58,169 bases of DNA from a virus. Its lineage: Duplodnaviria; Caudoviricetes. Every line of letters starts with the position of its first letter. The stretch's first letter is position 1. Shown one piece after another: positions 46,126 to 54,983 of the stretch. The position numbers and the translations under genes were made by a program. The notes beneath the pieces were generated by a model. The model made no database searches, was not told where the DNA came from, and was given only the letters and a program-made list of their open reading frames with translations. The DNA lies in the IMG/VR virus record IMGVR_UViG_3300037258_000189, positions 1-58,169 of that record; one strand, 5' to 3'.

Positions 46126-46325
46126 ACGACCTGTTCCCCGAAGCGCTGCTCGATCTCGACGCACAGATCAGCGAGGTGCGTCGCGAGATCAAGCAGAGGA
46201 CGATGGCGTTCCCGCGCTTCGTGGCGAATGGGACGAAGACGCAGGCGCAGGCGAACCGCCAGATGGCACTCATGCACGCCGTGCTGAAGACGCTCGAAGA
46301 ACTGAAAGCGCAGAGGGCTCCATGA
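46119..46325 (+). CDS. Conserved small phage protein
   Basis: QISEVRREIKQRxxxFPRFVANG...QMALMHAVLKTL. Confidence 0.6.
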   Translation: MVDDLFPEALLDLDAQISEVRREIKQRTMAFPRFVANGTKTQAQANRQMALMHAVLKTLEELKAQRAP

Positions 46326-46786
46326 CCGATAACGAAGTCCATTCGCTGGATGTCCTGTTCAACCGGCTTCGGAACAAGACGCCGGAGGCGCAGGAGCGGA
46401 TGCTCGAGTGGCTCCGCACCCGGCTGGCAGAGGAACGCCGGACGAAATCCGCGGCGCTCGCGAGTATGAATCGACCGGACATTGAACCCAGCGAATGGAG
46501 AATTCTCTGGCCGGATTGCGAACCGTCGCCCTCTGGCACGCTGCCGGAAATAGAAGAATGGTTGCGTGACGACTGGCAAAGCGAAGACATCGTAGAAGTC
46601 GTCGGCACCGCGATCGTCGTGCAGCGTTTTGCCGTACGCGTTCTGACCGACGACGGTCCCGAATACGATATGTTCAACGACCGCGCGAAGGCCGAGGCTT
46701 TTGTCGCGGCAATGAACGAGGAGGCGCGCAGGCCGGCGCCGGGCGACCCACCCAAACCCGGAGCAGACGATGCCGCGAGGAGTTAA
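46322..46786 (+). CDS. Hypothetical protein
   Basis: 154 aa, ATGA-coupled. Confidence 0.5.
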   Translation: MTDNEVHSLDVLFNRLRNKTPEAQERMLEWLRTRLAEERRTKSAALASMNRPDIEPSEWRILWPDCEPSPSGTLPEIEEWLRDDWQSEDIVEVVGTAIVVQRFAVRVLTDDGPEYDMFNDRAKAEAFVAAMNEEARRPAPGDPPKPGADDAARS

Positions 46787-47372
46787 GGGCTCGGCCCAGC
46801 CGAAAGCCGCCAAGCCCGCAAAGGCGAAGGCCGGCCACAACCAGCCGCCCGCGTTCGACAAGGCGACGTTCCTCGAGTTCCGCCGCCAAGCCACGCACAC
46901 CCTGCGTGCGCTCGAGGAAGCCCAGTCGGCGCACCAGCACGTGCTGAAGAAGTGCAAGGCCGCCGGCGGCTCGCCCAAGGCGCTGATGAAGGCGATCAGG
47001 GCGGCGCGCGATCCCGACGCCGCCAAGCTCGAACTCGAGGCCGAAATCCGCTACCGCAACTGGATCGGCCTGCCGGTCGGCACGCAATCCAGCCTATTCG
47101 GCGAGGAAAGCCCCGACGAGGACAGCCACCTGTCCGAGGGCGACAAGCTGGAGGAGCTGATCTTCCAGGCCGGCGAGGCGGGCTACCGGCAGGGACGCCT
47201 CGCCGCCCACCGCAGCGACAGCAACACCTTCCCGCCGGGCACCGAGACGCACGTGGCGTACGACAAAGGCTGGCTGCGCGGCCAGGAGAGCATCGCCGCC
47301 GAGATGGGCCCGAACGTCAAGAAGGTGATCGCCAAGCGAGGCACGGGCGGCGCCGAGGAGATCGTCCATTGA
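46770..47372 (+). CDS. GapR/DUF2312-like protein with C-terminal RMF-like motif
   Basis: GHN...VLKKCKAAGGSPKALMKAIRA...EIRYRNWIGL; GYRQG...NTFPPG...YDKGWLRGQ. Confidence 0.5.
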   Translation: MPRGVKGSAQPKAAKPAKAKAGHNQPPAFDKATFLEFRRQATHTLRALEEAQSAHQHVLKKCKAAGGSPKALMKAIRAARDPDAAKLELEAEIRYRNWIGLPVGTQSSLFGEESPDEDSHLSEGDKLEELIFQAGEAGYRQGRLAAHRSDSNTFPPGTETHVAYDKGWLRGQESIAAEMGPNVKKVIAKRGTGGAEEIVH

Positions 47373-47668
47373 GCGGCGCGCGGCAGCGTCCCGTCGTCGG
47401 GAGCCTTGTGCCGGTGCTCCTGCACGGCGAGGAAACCACGGCGCGCGTGGTCGCGCACGTGGCCAGCGATCCGCACCAGATCCACGCCCAGTTCGACGTG
47501 GCGCTGAAAGGCACGAAGGGCCACGGCTGGCGGGCGGGGGACATCGTCACGCTGGTGCCGGCGTCGCACCTGCTGACGGCTGGGATGATCTGGGTGATTG
47601 CGGAGGTCCAGAAGGTCTTCCAGCGGCCCCACGCCCCCGGCCCCTACGACGGGAGGGTGACGTCGTGA
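47369..47668 (+). CDS. Hypothetical protein
   Basis: TTGA-coupled. Confidence 0.45.
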   Translation: MSGARQRPVVGSLVPVLLHGEETTARVVAHVASDPHQIHAQFDVALKGTKGHGWRAGDIVTLVPASHLLTAGMIWVIAEVQKVFQRPHAPGPYDGRVTS

Positions 47669-48027
47669 AGGCCCTCCTGGCGGCCGCGCTGGCCCTGCTG
47701 CCGGCCATCGCGGTTGGCAACCCGCCGCCCCCCGGGAGTGAGGACGCGCAACTTCTCGGCCCGTACGGGCAGGCCATCCATGACGCGCAGCGCCCAGAGG
47801 GCGGCAGGTGCTGCGACGTGCCTGATGGCACCGCTGTCGATGCGCGCATCGCCGGCGATCACTGGGAGGTCAAGTTTCGGAACGCGAGGTTCCCTGACGC
47901 GCCGAAAGGATGGACGCCCGTTCCCGATGGCGCGGTGCTGCGGAGCTGGTCCAATCCCACCGGCGAGGCGATCGTCTGGTGGTATTTCGGCTCGATCCGC
48001 TGCTTCGCTCCGGCGTCGGGGTCCTGA
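47665..48027 (+). CDS. Secreted Cys-containing protein
   Basis: Signal peptide MKALLAAALALLPAIA; CCDVPD...W..VPD.AVL...NPTGEAIVWW...IRCFAP. Confidence 0.6.
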   Translation: MKALLAAALALLPAIAVGNPPPPGSEDAQLLGPYGQAIHDAQRPEGGRCCDVPDGTAVDARIAGDHWEVKFRNARFPDAPKGWTPVPDGAVLRSWSNPTGEAIVWWYFGSIRCFAPASGS

Positions 48028-48030
48028 CCG

Positions 48031-48351
48031 ATGCGCCGGCCTCCGCGCTCCTTCACGCCAGAGGAGGACGCCAAGATCCTCGCCCTGGACGCCGCTGGCG
48101 TCGCCTGCCGGGAAATCGCGCGGAGGCTGGATCGCGAGCGCACGTCAATGGAGCGCCGCCTCTACGTCCTGCGCTCGGGGCAGCACCCCAATCGAAACCG
48201 GGTGTGCCGCTGCGGCCAGCACGTCTTCAACGAGCCGTGGACCGACTTTCGGTTCTGCGAGGACTGCCGGCTGAGGATGCATACAAGCGCCATCCCCGCG
48301 GGGACGTTCGCCGCGGCGGCGCCTGCAAGCCGTGCCGTGCCTGACATCTGA
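48031..48351 (+). CDS. GcrA-like HTH regulator with Zn finger
   Basis: FTPEEDAKILALDAAGVACREIARRLDRERTSMERRL; CRCG...FCEDC. Confidence 0.5.
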   Translation: MRRPPRSFTPEEDAKILALDAAGVACREIARRLDRERTSMERRLYVLRSGQHPNRNRVCRCGQHVFNEPWTDFRFCEDCRLRMHTSAIPAGTFAAAAPASRAVPDI

Positions 48352-48377
48352 AACAGAAAGCAGAAGGAGACTTGTCC

Positions 48378-48548
48378 ATGTCGCCGATCATGAACCTGAC
48401 CGTCCGGCTGATGCGCACGCGCCGCGCGGTGACCGCCTTGGAATACGGCCTGATTGCATCGCTGATCGCGGTGGCGATCGTGACGGCTGTCTCGACGCTC
48501 GGCAGCGGCATTGCCACCACGTTCGGCCTCGTCAGCGCAGCGCTCTGA
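48378..48548 (+). CDS. flp: Flp/Fap family type IVb (Tad) pilin
   Basis: 56 aa, AAGGAGA SD; RRA|VTALEYGLIASLIAVAIVTAVSTLGSGIATTF with E+5/Y+6 and C-terminal F; below the ORF-track size cutoff. Confidence 0.9.
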   Translation: MSPIMNLTVRLMRTRRAVTALEYGLIASLIAVAIVTAVSTLGSGIATTFGLVSAAL

Positions 48549-48549
48549 G

Positions 48550-49233
48550 GTGAGCGACGACACACAGGCGGCGGGGGAAACCCCGTCGCAGCCGGCCATC
48601 GCGCGCGAGTATGCGCACGTTGAAATCATGGGGCATCGCGAGCACCGCGGGGAGATCGCCGAGGTGCAGCGCTTCGGCGTCACGCTGCTCCAGGTCCACG
48701 ACGTGGACACCGGTTCGATCCACTACTACGGCGGCCACTCGATCTTCTCGCTGACGCTCGTTTCCAAGGCGGCGATCGACGCGCACGTCGCCGAGCGGGA
48801 GCGCATCGCCCGCGTGCGCGCCGAGCAGGAAGCGAAGTGGGCGGCCGGGCGGGCTGCGCGGGACATGGCGCGGGCGTTGGAGGCTCCTGCCCCATCCCGA
48901 TCTCGCGAGGTCTCGGCGATCCTGGTCGCCAACGGCGAGGTGCCCGCGTGCGCCGATTTCAAGAACGAGGAGGGTGCGCTCGACGTTGGCGACGTCATCA
49001 AGCTGACCGAGATTTTCTGGAAGGATCTTGACCGCGTCCACGACGTGCTCAACCTGCTGCGGTCGCCTCCGGAGGACATCATCGTCCCGTCGATCGCGGA
49101 GATGGCAAGGTGGTCCCACGAGCGACTTCGGGAAACCGCCGAGTGGGCTGTCGCCCGGGTATGGTCGCTGACTGCGTTCCCGAACGTGTACGTGCCCACG
49201 CGGCCGGACTTCATCGAGGAAATACCCTCCTGA
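48550..49233 (+). CDS. Hypothetical protein
   Basis: GTG start; AHVEIMGHREHRG...HYYGGHSIFSLT motif. Confidence 0.6.
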   Translation: MSDDTQAAGETPSQPAIAREYAHVEIMGHREHRGEIAEVQRFGVTLLQVHDVDTGSIHYYGGHSIFSLTLVSKAAIDAHVAERERIARVRAEQEAKWAAGRAARDMARALEAPAPSRSREVSAILVANGEVPACADFKNEEGALDVGDVIKLTEIFWKDLDRVHDVLNLLRSPPEDIIVPSIAEMARWSHERLRETAEWAVARVWSLTAFPNVYVPTRPDFIEEIPS

Positions 49234-49760
49234 TGGCGAGCCAAGGCCCGCTCCTGGCCCTCGATTTGAGCACTCGCAGCGGGTGGGCCTTCCATCCCGG
49301 CGGCATCCAGCAACTCAGCGCGCGGATGCTGTTCGGGACGTGGGACCTTGACGGCAGCATGGGCGACCCGGAGCCGTGCTGGGCGTCGCTGGTCGACGTG
49401 GTGAACGACGCCTGGCGCGTCCACAAGTTCGAGCGCGTGGCCGTCGAGGCGCCGCTGCCGGCGACGAGCCAGACGCGCCAGCAGTTCGCCGTCCTGGCGA
49501 TGGGCCTCGCCTCGATGGTCCGCGTGTTCTGCTGGCGCCGCTCGATCCAGTGCGACCTGTTCAACGCCAGCACGGTGCGCAAGGCGATCCTCGGCCACGG
49601 GTTTCCGAAGAAGCCCGAGATCGTCGGCTGGTGCAGGGCGCGTGGCTACGACGTGGTCGACGACAACGCCGCCGACGCTCTCGTGCTGGCCCACTACGTC
49701 GTGGCTCCGAGCGGCCGCGCGTGGCCGCCGCAGATGAAACCGACCATGAGGGCTGCATGA
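49233..49760 (+). CDS. RuvC-like Holliday junction resolvase
   Basis: LLALDLSTRSGWA, VAVEAP, VRKAILGHG, DDNAADAL acidic active-site pattern. Confidence 0.8.
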   Translation: MASQGPLLALDLSTRSGWAFHPGGIQQLSARMLFGTWDLDGSMGDPEPCWASLVDVVNDAWRVHKFERVAVEAPLPATSQTRQQFAVLAMGLASMVRVFCWRRSIQCDLFNASTVRKAILGHGFPKKPEIVGWCRARGYDVVDDNAADALVLAHYVVAPSGRAWPPQMKPTMRAA

Positions 49761-50167
49761 AAGACAAAGGCTCGATCCAACTGAATAACGGCCTCGGCCC
49801 GATGGACGCCTGGGTCGGGCACCGCATCTCGACGCGGATTGCCAACCTGGGGGTGTCCAAGCGCTACGTCGCCGAGAAGATGGGCATCGGGCAGCTTCAG
49901 TTGCGCCGCTACATCCTGGGCCTAAACCGGATGAGCCTGCAGCGTCTCTACGACGTGTCGATCGCGCTGCGCATTGCGCCGTCGTGGTTCTTCGAGGGCT
50001 CGCCAGACCTGCCGATGTACGGCGAGGTGGGCGTCGCGGACGCCGTCTCGGAACACCTGAGCCCGGAGAACGTGGGGATGCTGCAACGCTTCGGCGGCCT
50101 GTCGCGCGAGCACAAGGCGCTGGTCAACCAGATCATCGCGGCGTTGCCGCAGGAGCCAAAGAGATGA
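49757..50167 (+). CDS. XRE-family HTH regulator (alphaproteobacterial type)
   Basis: DAWVGHRI...VAEKMGIGQLQLRRYILGLNRMSLQRLYDVSIAL...WFFEG. Confidence 0.75.
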   Translation: MKDKGSIQLNNGLGPMDAWVGHRISTRIANLGVSKRYVAEKMGIGQLQLRRYILGLNRMSLQRLYDVSIALRIAPSWFFEGSPDLPMYGEVGVADAVSEHLSPENVGMLQRFGGLSREHKALVNQIIAALPQEPKR

Positions 50168-50742
50168 GCGCGGATCAGGGCGATCGGCTGCGGAACGCGG
50201 TGCGGGCGGAGTGCGGGCGGGCGAGTTGCACGTGGCCAAAGTGCAAATGCTATTCCCTTCCCCCGATTGTCGAACGTGCCCTCGCAGCCGACGATGCATG
50301 GCGTGGCAAGCAGCCGCCGGCGGAGGTGACGGCGGAGCTGCGGGAGAAGATGGCCCGGGCAGCACGAGTGGCGTGGGGGCCTTTGGGCACCGGGTTATCG
50401 GCATGGTTCAACGTCGTCGATGCGGTGCTGGCGCTGGTGTCGCGCGTGCCCACGCCGCCATACGCCAATCCGACGGTCGCCATGGCCGCCCCGCCGCCAG
50501 TCCCGAGCGCCGACCCGCGGCTGGCAGAAGCGAATGCCGCCCTCGCCGCCATCCACGACATCCTCGCCGACCTGCTCGCCGCCGAGGCCGCACGGCAGGC
50601 GCGGGAGGGGCGGGTGCGGGAGGCGGCGCGGGTGGCCGAACGAGAGGCCAAAGCTGCGTATCTGTTCGTGCAGAGCGGCACCGGCCAGGCATGGAGCGCC
50701 CTTGCCGGCCTCGCCGCCGCGCTGGGGGAGGACGGGCGATGA
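50164..50742 (+). CDS. Hypothetical protein
   Basis: ATGA-coupled. Confidence 0.5.
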   Translation: MSADQGDRLRNAVRAECGRASCTWPKCKCYSLPPIVERALAADDAWRGKQPPAEVTAELREKMARAARVAWGPLGTGLSAWFNVVDAVLALVSRVPTPPYANPTVAMAAPPPVPSADPRLAEANAALAAIHDILADLLAAEAARQAREGRVREAARVAEREAKAAYLFVQSGTGQAWSALAGLAAALGEDGR

Positions 50743-51014
50743 GCATGATGCGGCATTTCGGCGACCCCTGCATTCACTGCGGGATATCTCACGATGATGT
50801 TCAATCTGGACCGTGCATAGGAGACGCTAGCAAAGCGGTTCCGATTGCCTACTGCTCATTGGGTGTTCGCTGGGATGGCGTGGAGCACTTTATAATCGGA
50901 TATAGCGATGGCCGCGTAGAAGACAGATGGGAACACGTTAGTTTCGGTCTCCCATTTGGATACTTGGTCGGGGTCAAATACGACAAGTCGTTGAGAAAGG
51001 TCGTCACCCCATGA
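50739..51014 (+). CDS. Hypothetical protein (lower GC)
   Basis: MMRHFGDPCIHCG..., coupled both sides. Confidence 0.5.
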   Translation: MSMMRHFGDPCIHCGISHDDVQSGPCIGDASKAVPIAYCSLGVRWDGVEHFIIGYSDGRVEDRWEHVSFGLPFGYLVGVKYDKSLRKVVTP

Positions 51015-52315
51015 CCGCACCACAGGAACCACCCGAGGTGCAGACCGCGTTCGAGGCGTTGAAACTGTGTCCGTTCTGCGGTGACGGCAATCTGACAAAG
51101 AGAATGGCCCAGACGAAGGTTGAGAAGTTCAAAGGGGTTCGTTGTAACGGTTGCGGAGCGCGTGCACCCACCCTCGCTGCCTGGCGCCGCATCGCCGGCG
51201 AGGAGCACCTGGCGCGGCGCCCAGGCTCCCCCGAGTGGCAAATCCGGTTCACCGTCGCCGGCAAGCGGGTGCGCCAGTCCGCCGGCACGACCGACAAGCG
51301 CCTCGCCGCTGCGGCCGCACACAGGCTCCACGCCGAGACGTATCGCGCCCTGGTGCTGCACGAGCAGCCGCCCGCGCGCGAGATGACCTGGGGCGACGCC
51401 TCGGCCAGGTTCTGGTCGGAGGTCGCGCAGCACACCCGCTACGGCCAGCGGTCGCAGCGCTACATGCTCCGCGTGCTCGACCGGGCGATCGGCGTCGACA
51501 CGCTGCTGACGCGGATCACCGACGCGCGCGTGGCCGAGGCCGCCGAGCAGATGCAGGCGACGCTCTCGCCGGCGACGATCAACCGCTACGTGCAGTTGCT
51601 GGACGTGGTGTGCCGGCGGGCAGCCGCAGTCTGGGGAGCGCAGGTGAGCGGCTGGGATGCCGCGCATCACCGACTGCGCGAGCCGGCCGGGCGAGAGGTC
51701 TACCTCACCCAGGAGCAGGCGCGTCGCCTCATGGGCGAAGCGTGCGGCCATCTACGGCCGATCCTGCTGGTGGAGTTGCTGACGGGGCTGCGCATGCGCA
51801 ACGTCGTCGAGCTGCAGTGGGAGAACGTGTCTTTGGATTTAGGCCGCGCGCTGCTGATCCAGAAGGGCGGCCGGAGGCTCAGGGTCGAACTGCCGTCGCG
51901 CGCTGTCGACACCCTTGCAGCAGCGCAGCCAGATCCGTCCGAGAGGATCGGCGCGGTGTTCCGCTTCGGCAATCCGGTCGTCTCGTGTCGCTGCCCGCGC
52001 TGTGTGTCACCGCAGTATCGGAACGAGCCGATCCGCGACATCAGGAGGGCGTTCGGCGGCGCGGCCCGGCGGGCGGGCGTGCTGTGGAACGGCCAGACGA
52101 AGCTGCGCTTCCACGACCTGCGCCACACGGCCGCCAGTTGGATGCTCGAAGCCGGCGGCGACCTGATCGCGGTCAAGGAGGCGCTCGGGCACGCACAGAT
52201 CAGCACCACAGCCCGGTACAGCCACCTGATGCCAGGCCGGGCGCGCAAGGTGGCGGAGGCAGTCTCAGACAGCTTGGAACAGCGGCTCATGCCGGCGGGG
52301 AGGATGAAGGCGTAA
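51011..52315 (+). CDS. Tyrosine recombinase/integrase with N-terminal Lar-like Zn ribbon
   Basis: TGLRMRNV (R), QKG (K), FHDLRH (HxxR), LGH, TARY (Y); N-terminal LKLCPFCG...VRCNGCGARAP. Confidence 0.88.
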   Translation: MTAPQEPPEVQTAFEALKLCPFCGDGNLTKRMAQTKVEKFKGVRCNGCGARAPTLAAWRRIAGEEHLARRPGSPEWQIRFTVAGKRVRQSAGTTDKRLAAAAAHRLHAETYRALVLHEQPPAREMTWGDASARFWSEVAQHTRYGQRSQRYMLRVLDRAIGVDTLLTRITDARVAEAAEQMQATLSPATINRYVQLLDVVCRRAAAVWGAQVSGWDAAHHRLREPAGREVYLTQEQARRLMGEACGHLRPILLVELLTGLRMRNVVELQWENVSLDLGRALLIQKGGRRLRVELPSRAVDTLAAAQPDPSERIGAVFRFGNPVVSCRCPRCVSPQYRNEPIRDIRRAFGGAARRAGVLWNGQTKLRFHDLRHTAASWMLEAGGDLIAVKEALGHAQISTTARYSHLMPGRARKVAEAVSDSLEQRLMPAGRMKA

Positions 52316-52833
52316 TGGGCGAAGCAAAACGAAAGCGCGAGGCGGCAACCGACGCTTACGCCTTCGGACAAGCCGTTCCCAGGCCCAGCATCTGTCCGGC
52401 ATGCGGTGGCAAGCGCATCGCGTTCAGCACCATTAACGACTGTGAGTACGGCGTTTGCCCGGACTGCGAGGCGGTCTGGGAAGCGTTTCCGCCACTCTAC
52501 GTCGAGGACGTGGTCTGTGCGGAGCCGTGCGACAACTGCGCGTTCCGGCCCGGCAGCCCAGAGCAGGCCGATCCAGAGAAATGGAAAGCCTTGATTGCGT
52601 CGCTCAAGCCGGATCAATCCTACGGGCACTTCACCGGGCAATTCTTCTGCCACAAGAACGTGCCGATCGACATCAAGCGCGGCCGAGGCAACTTTCTGTT
52701 TCCGAGGCGGAAGTTGGTTCTCGACGGCATCGCCGAGCCGGTGGACGATTTCGACGTCACCAAAATGCGCCGGTGCGTGGGATGGCTCCGCATGGTCTGG
52801 GCACAGAACGCGAAGGGAGGGACGAAGGCGTGA
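52315..52833 (+). CDS. Cys-rich hypothetical protein
   Basis: CPAC, CPDC, CDNCAFRPGS, FFCHK, RRCVGW. Confidence 0.6.
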   Translation: MGEAKRKREAATDAYAFGQAVPRPSICPACGGKRIAFSTINDCEYGVCPDCEAVWEAFPPLYVEDVVCAEPCDNCAFRPGSPEQADPEKWKALIASLKPDQSYGHFTGQFFCHKNVPIDIKRGRGNFLFPRRKLVLDGIAEPVDDFDVTKMRRCVGWLRMVWAQNAKGGTKA

Positions 52834-53330
52834 CGATCTACCCCTGCATCACGCTGTGGCAGCCCTGGGCGTCGCTGATCGCCTACGGGGCGAAGCCGTT
52901 CGAGTTCCGCCGCTGGTGCGCCCCCAAGCGACTGTGGGGCCAGCGCATCGCCATCCACGCCCGCAAGCGGCCCGTCGTCGCCCGCGAAGTGTGGTACCTG
53001 AAGTGGGCGATCTCGCAGTCGCCGGGTGCCCGCGCGCGCTTCCAATGGGCGACGGGACTGATCGAGGAACTCGCGCTTCCGGTGTTGGATGCAGCCGAGC
53101 GCGGCGATCTGCCCACGTCCTCGGTGTTGTGCATCTGCACGCTGGGCGAGCCGATCAGGAACGAGGCGCTGGCCAAGGCGCTCGGCTTCGAGGACGGCGC
53201 CGTTAACGACAGCACGCGCATCGAGGAGACGAATTGGGGATGGCCGTTCACCGGCGTGGTGCGGCTGAAACCGTTCCGTCCCTCTCGCGGCCGACAGGGC
53301 ATCTGGAACTGGGTGGACGATCAGTCATGA
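52830..53330 (+). CDS. ASCH domain protein
   Basis: ITLWQPWASLIAYGAKPFEFRRW...RIAIHA...RGRQGIWNW. Confidence 0.85.
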   Translation: MTIYPCITLWQPWASLIAYGAKPFEFRRWCAPKRLWGQRIAIHARKRPVVAREVWYLKWAISQSPGARARFQWATGLIEELALPVLDAAERGDLPTSSVLCICTLGEPIRNEALAKALGFEDGAVNDSTRIEETNWGWPFTGVVRLKPFRPSRGRQGIWNWVDDQS

Positions 53331-53611
53331 CACGCGAGCAGACCGTCTTCCTGGCGCAGGCGATCGACCAGGGCTTTCAGCAGACCATGCGCGAGGTGGC
53401 GAACGCCAACCCCGACGTCTCCGTCGACGACGGCCTCGAGGTGCTGCTGACGGGCGTCGCGATGATGGTGTCGCGCTACGCCTTCATGAACGCCGACACG
53501 CCGCGCGACCGGCGCCTGATCGCCCAGCGGCTTGAGCCGAAGATCCTCAAGGCGCTGGCGATGCTGCAGGCCGCACCGGCAGGGAAACAGCAGGAGGCGA
53601 AGCCGTCGTGA
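53327..53611 (+). CDS. Hypothetical protein
   Basis: ATGA-coupled. Confidence 0.5.
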   Translation: MTREQTVFLAQAIDQGFQQTMREVANANPDVSVDDGLEVLLTGVAMMVSRYAFMNADTPRDRRLIAQRLEPKILKALAMLQAAPAGKQQEAKPS

Positions 53612-53943
53612 GCAAGCGTCCGTTGGAACAGGAACTTCTCGACCTGGCGCACCGTCTCCATTTTGAAATCTGGACGACTACCCTCAATTTTGCGCTTAGC
53701 ATTTCGGATCGTCATCTTTCCGAGGAGGAGGGCCACGTCGTCACGATCACGGCCATCAACCTCGCAGCGGCTCACGCTCTGCTGATGATGGAGGAGGGAG
53801 AGTTGGCCGAGATCGAAGCAGACGCAGAGTTGTTCCGCAGCAATATCGTCGCGCACTGTATCGCCGTCGTTAAAAGCCCCGATGGCCGGAAACGCCTTCT
53901 GAACAGTCTCGCCTTAACCAACAAGACGAACAGGCCTGGATGA
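53608..53943 (+). CDS. Hypothetical protein
   Basis: GTGA-coupled, GGAGG SD. Confidence 0.5.
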   Translation: MSKRPLEQELLDLAHRLHFEIWTTTLNFALSISDRHLSEEEGHVVTITAINLAAAHALLMMEEGELAEIEADAELFRSNIVAHCIAVVKSPDGRKRLLNSLALTNKTNRPG

Positions 53944-53974
53944 CCCCGCCGAGACACGAGATGAGGAGGCCATC

Positions 53975-54259
53975 GTGAGCAAAAAAGAGTATGTGCTGTT
54001 CAACAGCCGCGTGGATCGGCTGCGCGCAGAGTTTCTTTCGGCCGCCGTTGCGTTCGTTGAGAAAGAGGGGCTCGCGGGCACCGGCGAAGAAATTCCCCTC
54101 GTGATGACGGCGGTCAGCTCGTTCTGCGCGCTCGTCCTAACCACGGTCAGCGCCGGGCATGGCATGCCGGCGATCGAGCGATCCGCCGAACTCGTCCGCA
54201 AGGGCATCGTCGGCGTCAGCGAAGAAATACTGAAGCATCAGAAAGCAACGGCGAATTGA
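53975..54259 (+). CDS. Hypothetical protein
   Basis: GAGGAGG SD, GTG start. Confidence 0.55.
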   Translation: MSKKEYVLFNSRVDRLRAEFLSAAVAFVEKEGLAGTGEEIPLVMTAVSSFCALVLTTVSAGHGMPAIERSAELVRKGIVGVSEEILKHQKATAN

Positions 54260-54492
54260 CCCCGCCGCGCGACCTGATGGCGGTCCAGTGGCACTGGCTG
54301 CGACGGCCGGACGGGGAGCGCGTCCCGTTCCGCTGGCTGCCACACGAGCGGCTGTGGCGCTGCGGCAACCAGCAGATCAGCGCGGAGCAGGCGGACAGGC
54401 TGGGATGGTCGTATTGGGCGCCTGGCCACGCATGCCCGTCGAAACCGTATCGGCCGAGCGGCGACCTGCCGCTGTTCAGGGAAGGAGCGTGA
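54256..54492 (+). CDS. Hypothetical Trp-rich protein
   Basis: TTGA-coupled. Confidence 0.45.
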   Translation: MTPPRDLMAVQWHWLRRPDGERVPFRWLPHERLWRCGNQQISAEQADRLGWSYWAPGHACPSKPYRPSGDLPLFREGA

Positions 54493-54834
54493 ATGACGAC
54501 GTTTCTCAACCGTCCCTACAGCACGCCGACCAGGCGCTTTTTTGAGGGACGCACAGACCAAGGCATCGTGCGGCGTCGCCATATTCTGGAATGCCTTGCT
54601 GACGGGCGCCCGCGCTCAGTGGCCGAGATCGCCACGCTTGTCGACCTGTCGCGTGACGGCGCCCACCAGCACGTCCTGCGGCTGGTGCGGGGTGGCCATC
54701 TGGTGATCACGACGCCTGCCGCGCGGGTTGGCACCAAGGCCGGCAACACGCCCGCGTTCTATGGCTTGGCGCCGAAAGTCAGCGACGATGCAGCCCCGCT
54801 TTCGCCAGCCCCGTCTTCGGCTTCGGATGGCTGA
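54493..54834 (+). CDS. Winged-HTH DNA-binding protein
   Basis: RRHILECLADGRPRSVAEIATLVDLSRDGAHQHVLRLVRGGHL; AAGGAG SD. Confidence 0.7.
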   Translation: MTTFLNRPYSTPTRRFFEGRTDQGIVRRRHILECLADGRPRSVAEIATLVDLSRDGAHQHVLRLVRGGHLVITTPAARVGTKAGNTPAFYGLAPKVSDDAAPLSPAPSSASDG

Positions 54835-54973
54835 CGTGCTCGGGAAGGTCGCCGATCTTGCGGCCGTGGTCCGCGGCAACGAAGTCCTGGCCGACCTTTT
54901 TGTCGACGCCGGGAACGTGGCCCTCGGCGACCGCGTGCATGAAGTGATTTTGGGCGACACTGGCGCTGGGCAT
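54779..54973 (-). CDS. Small conserved phage protein
   Basis: MPSASVAQNHFMHAVA...GVDKKVGQDFVAAD...LPEH; GGAG SD after giant gene. Confidence 0.6.
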   Translation of the reverse strand: MPSASVAQNHFMHAVAEGHVPGVDKKVGQDFVAADHGRKIGDLPEHVSHPKPKTGLAKAGLHRR

Positions 54974-54983
54974 TCGGCTCTCC

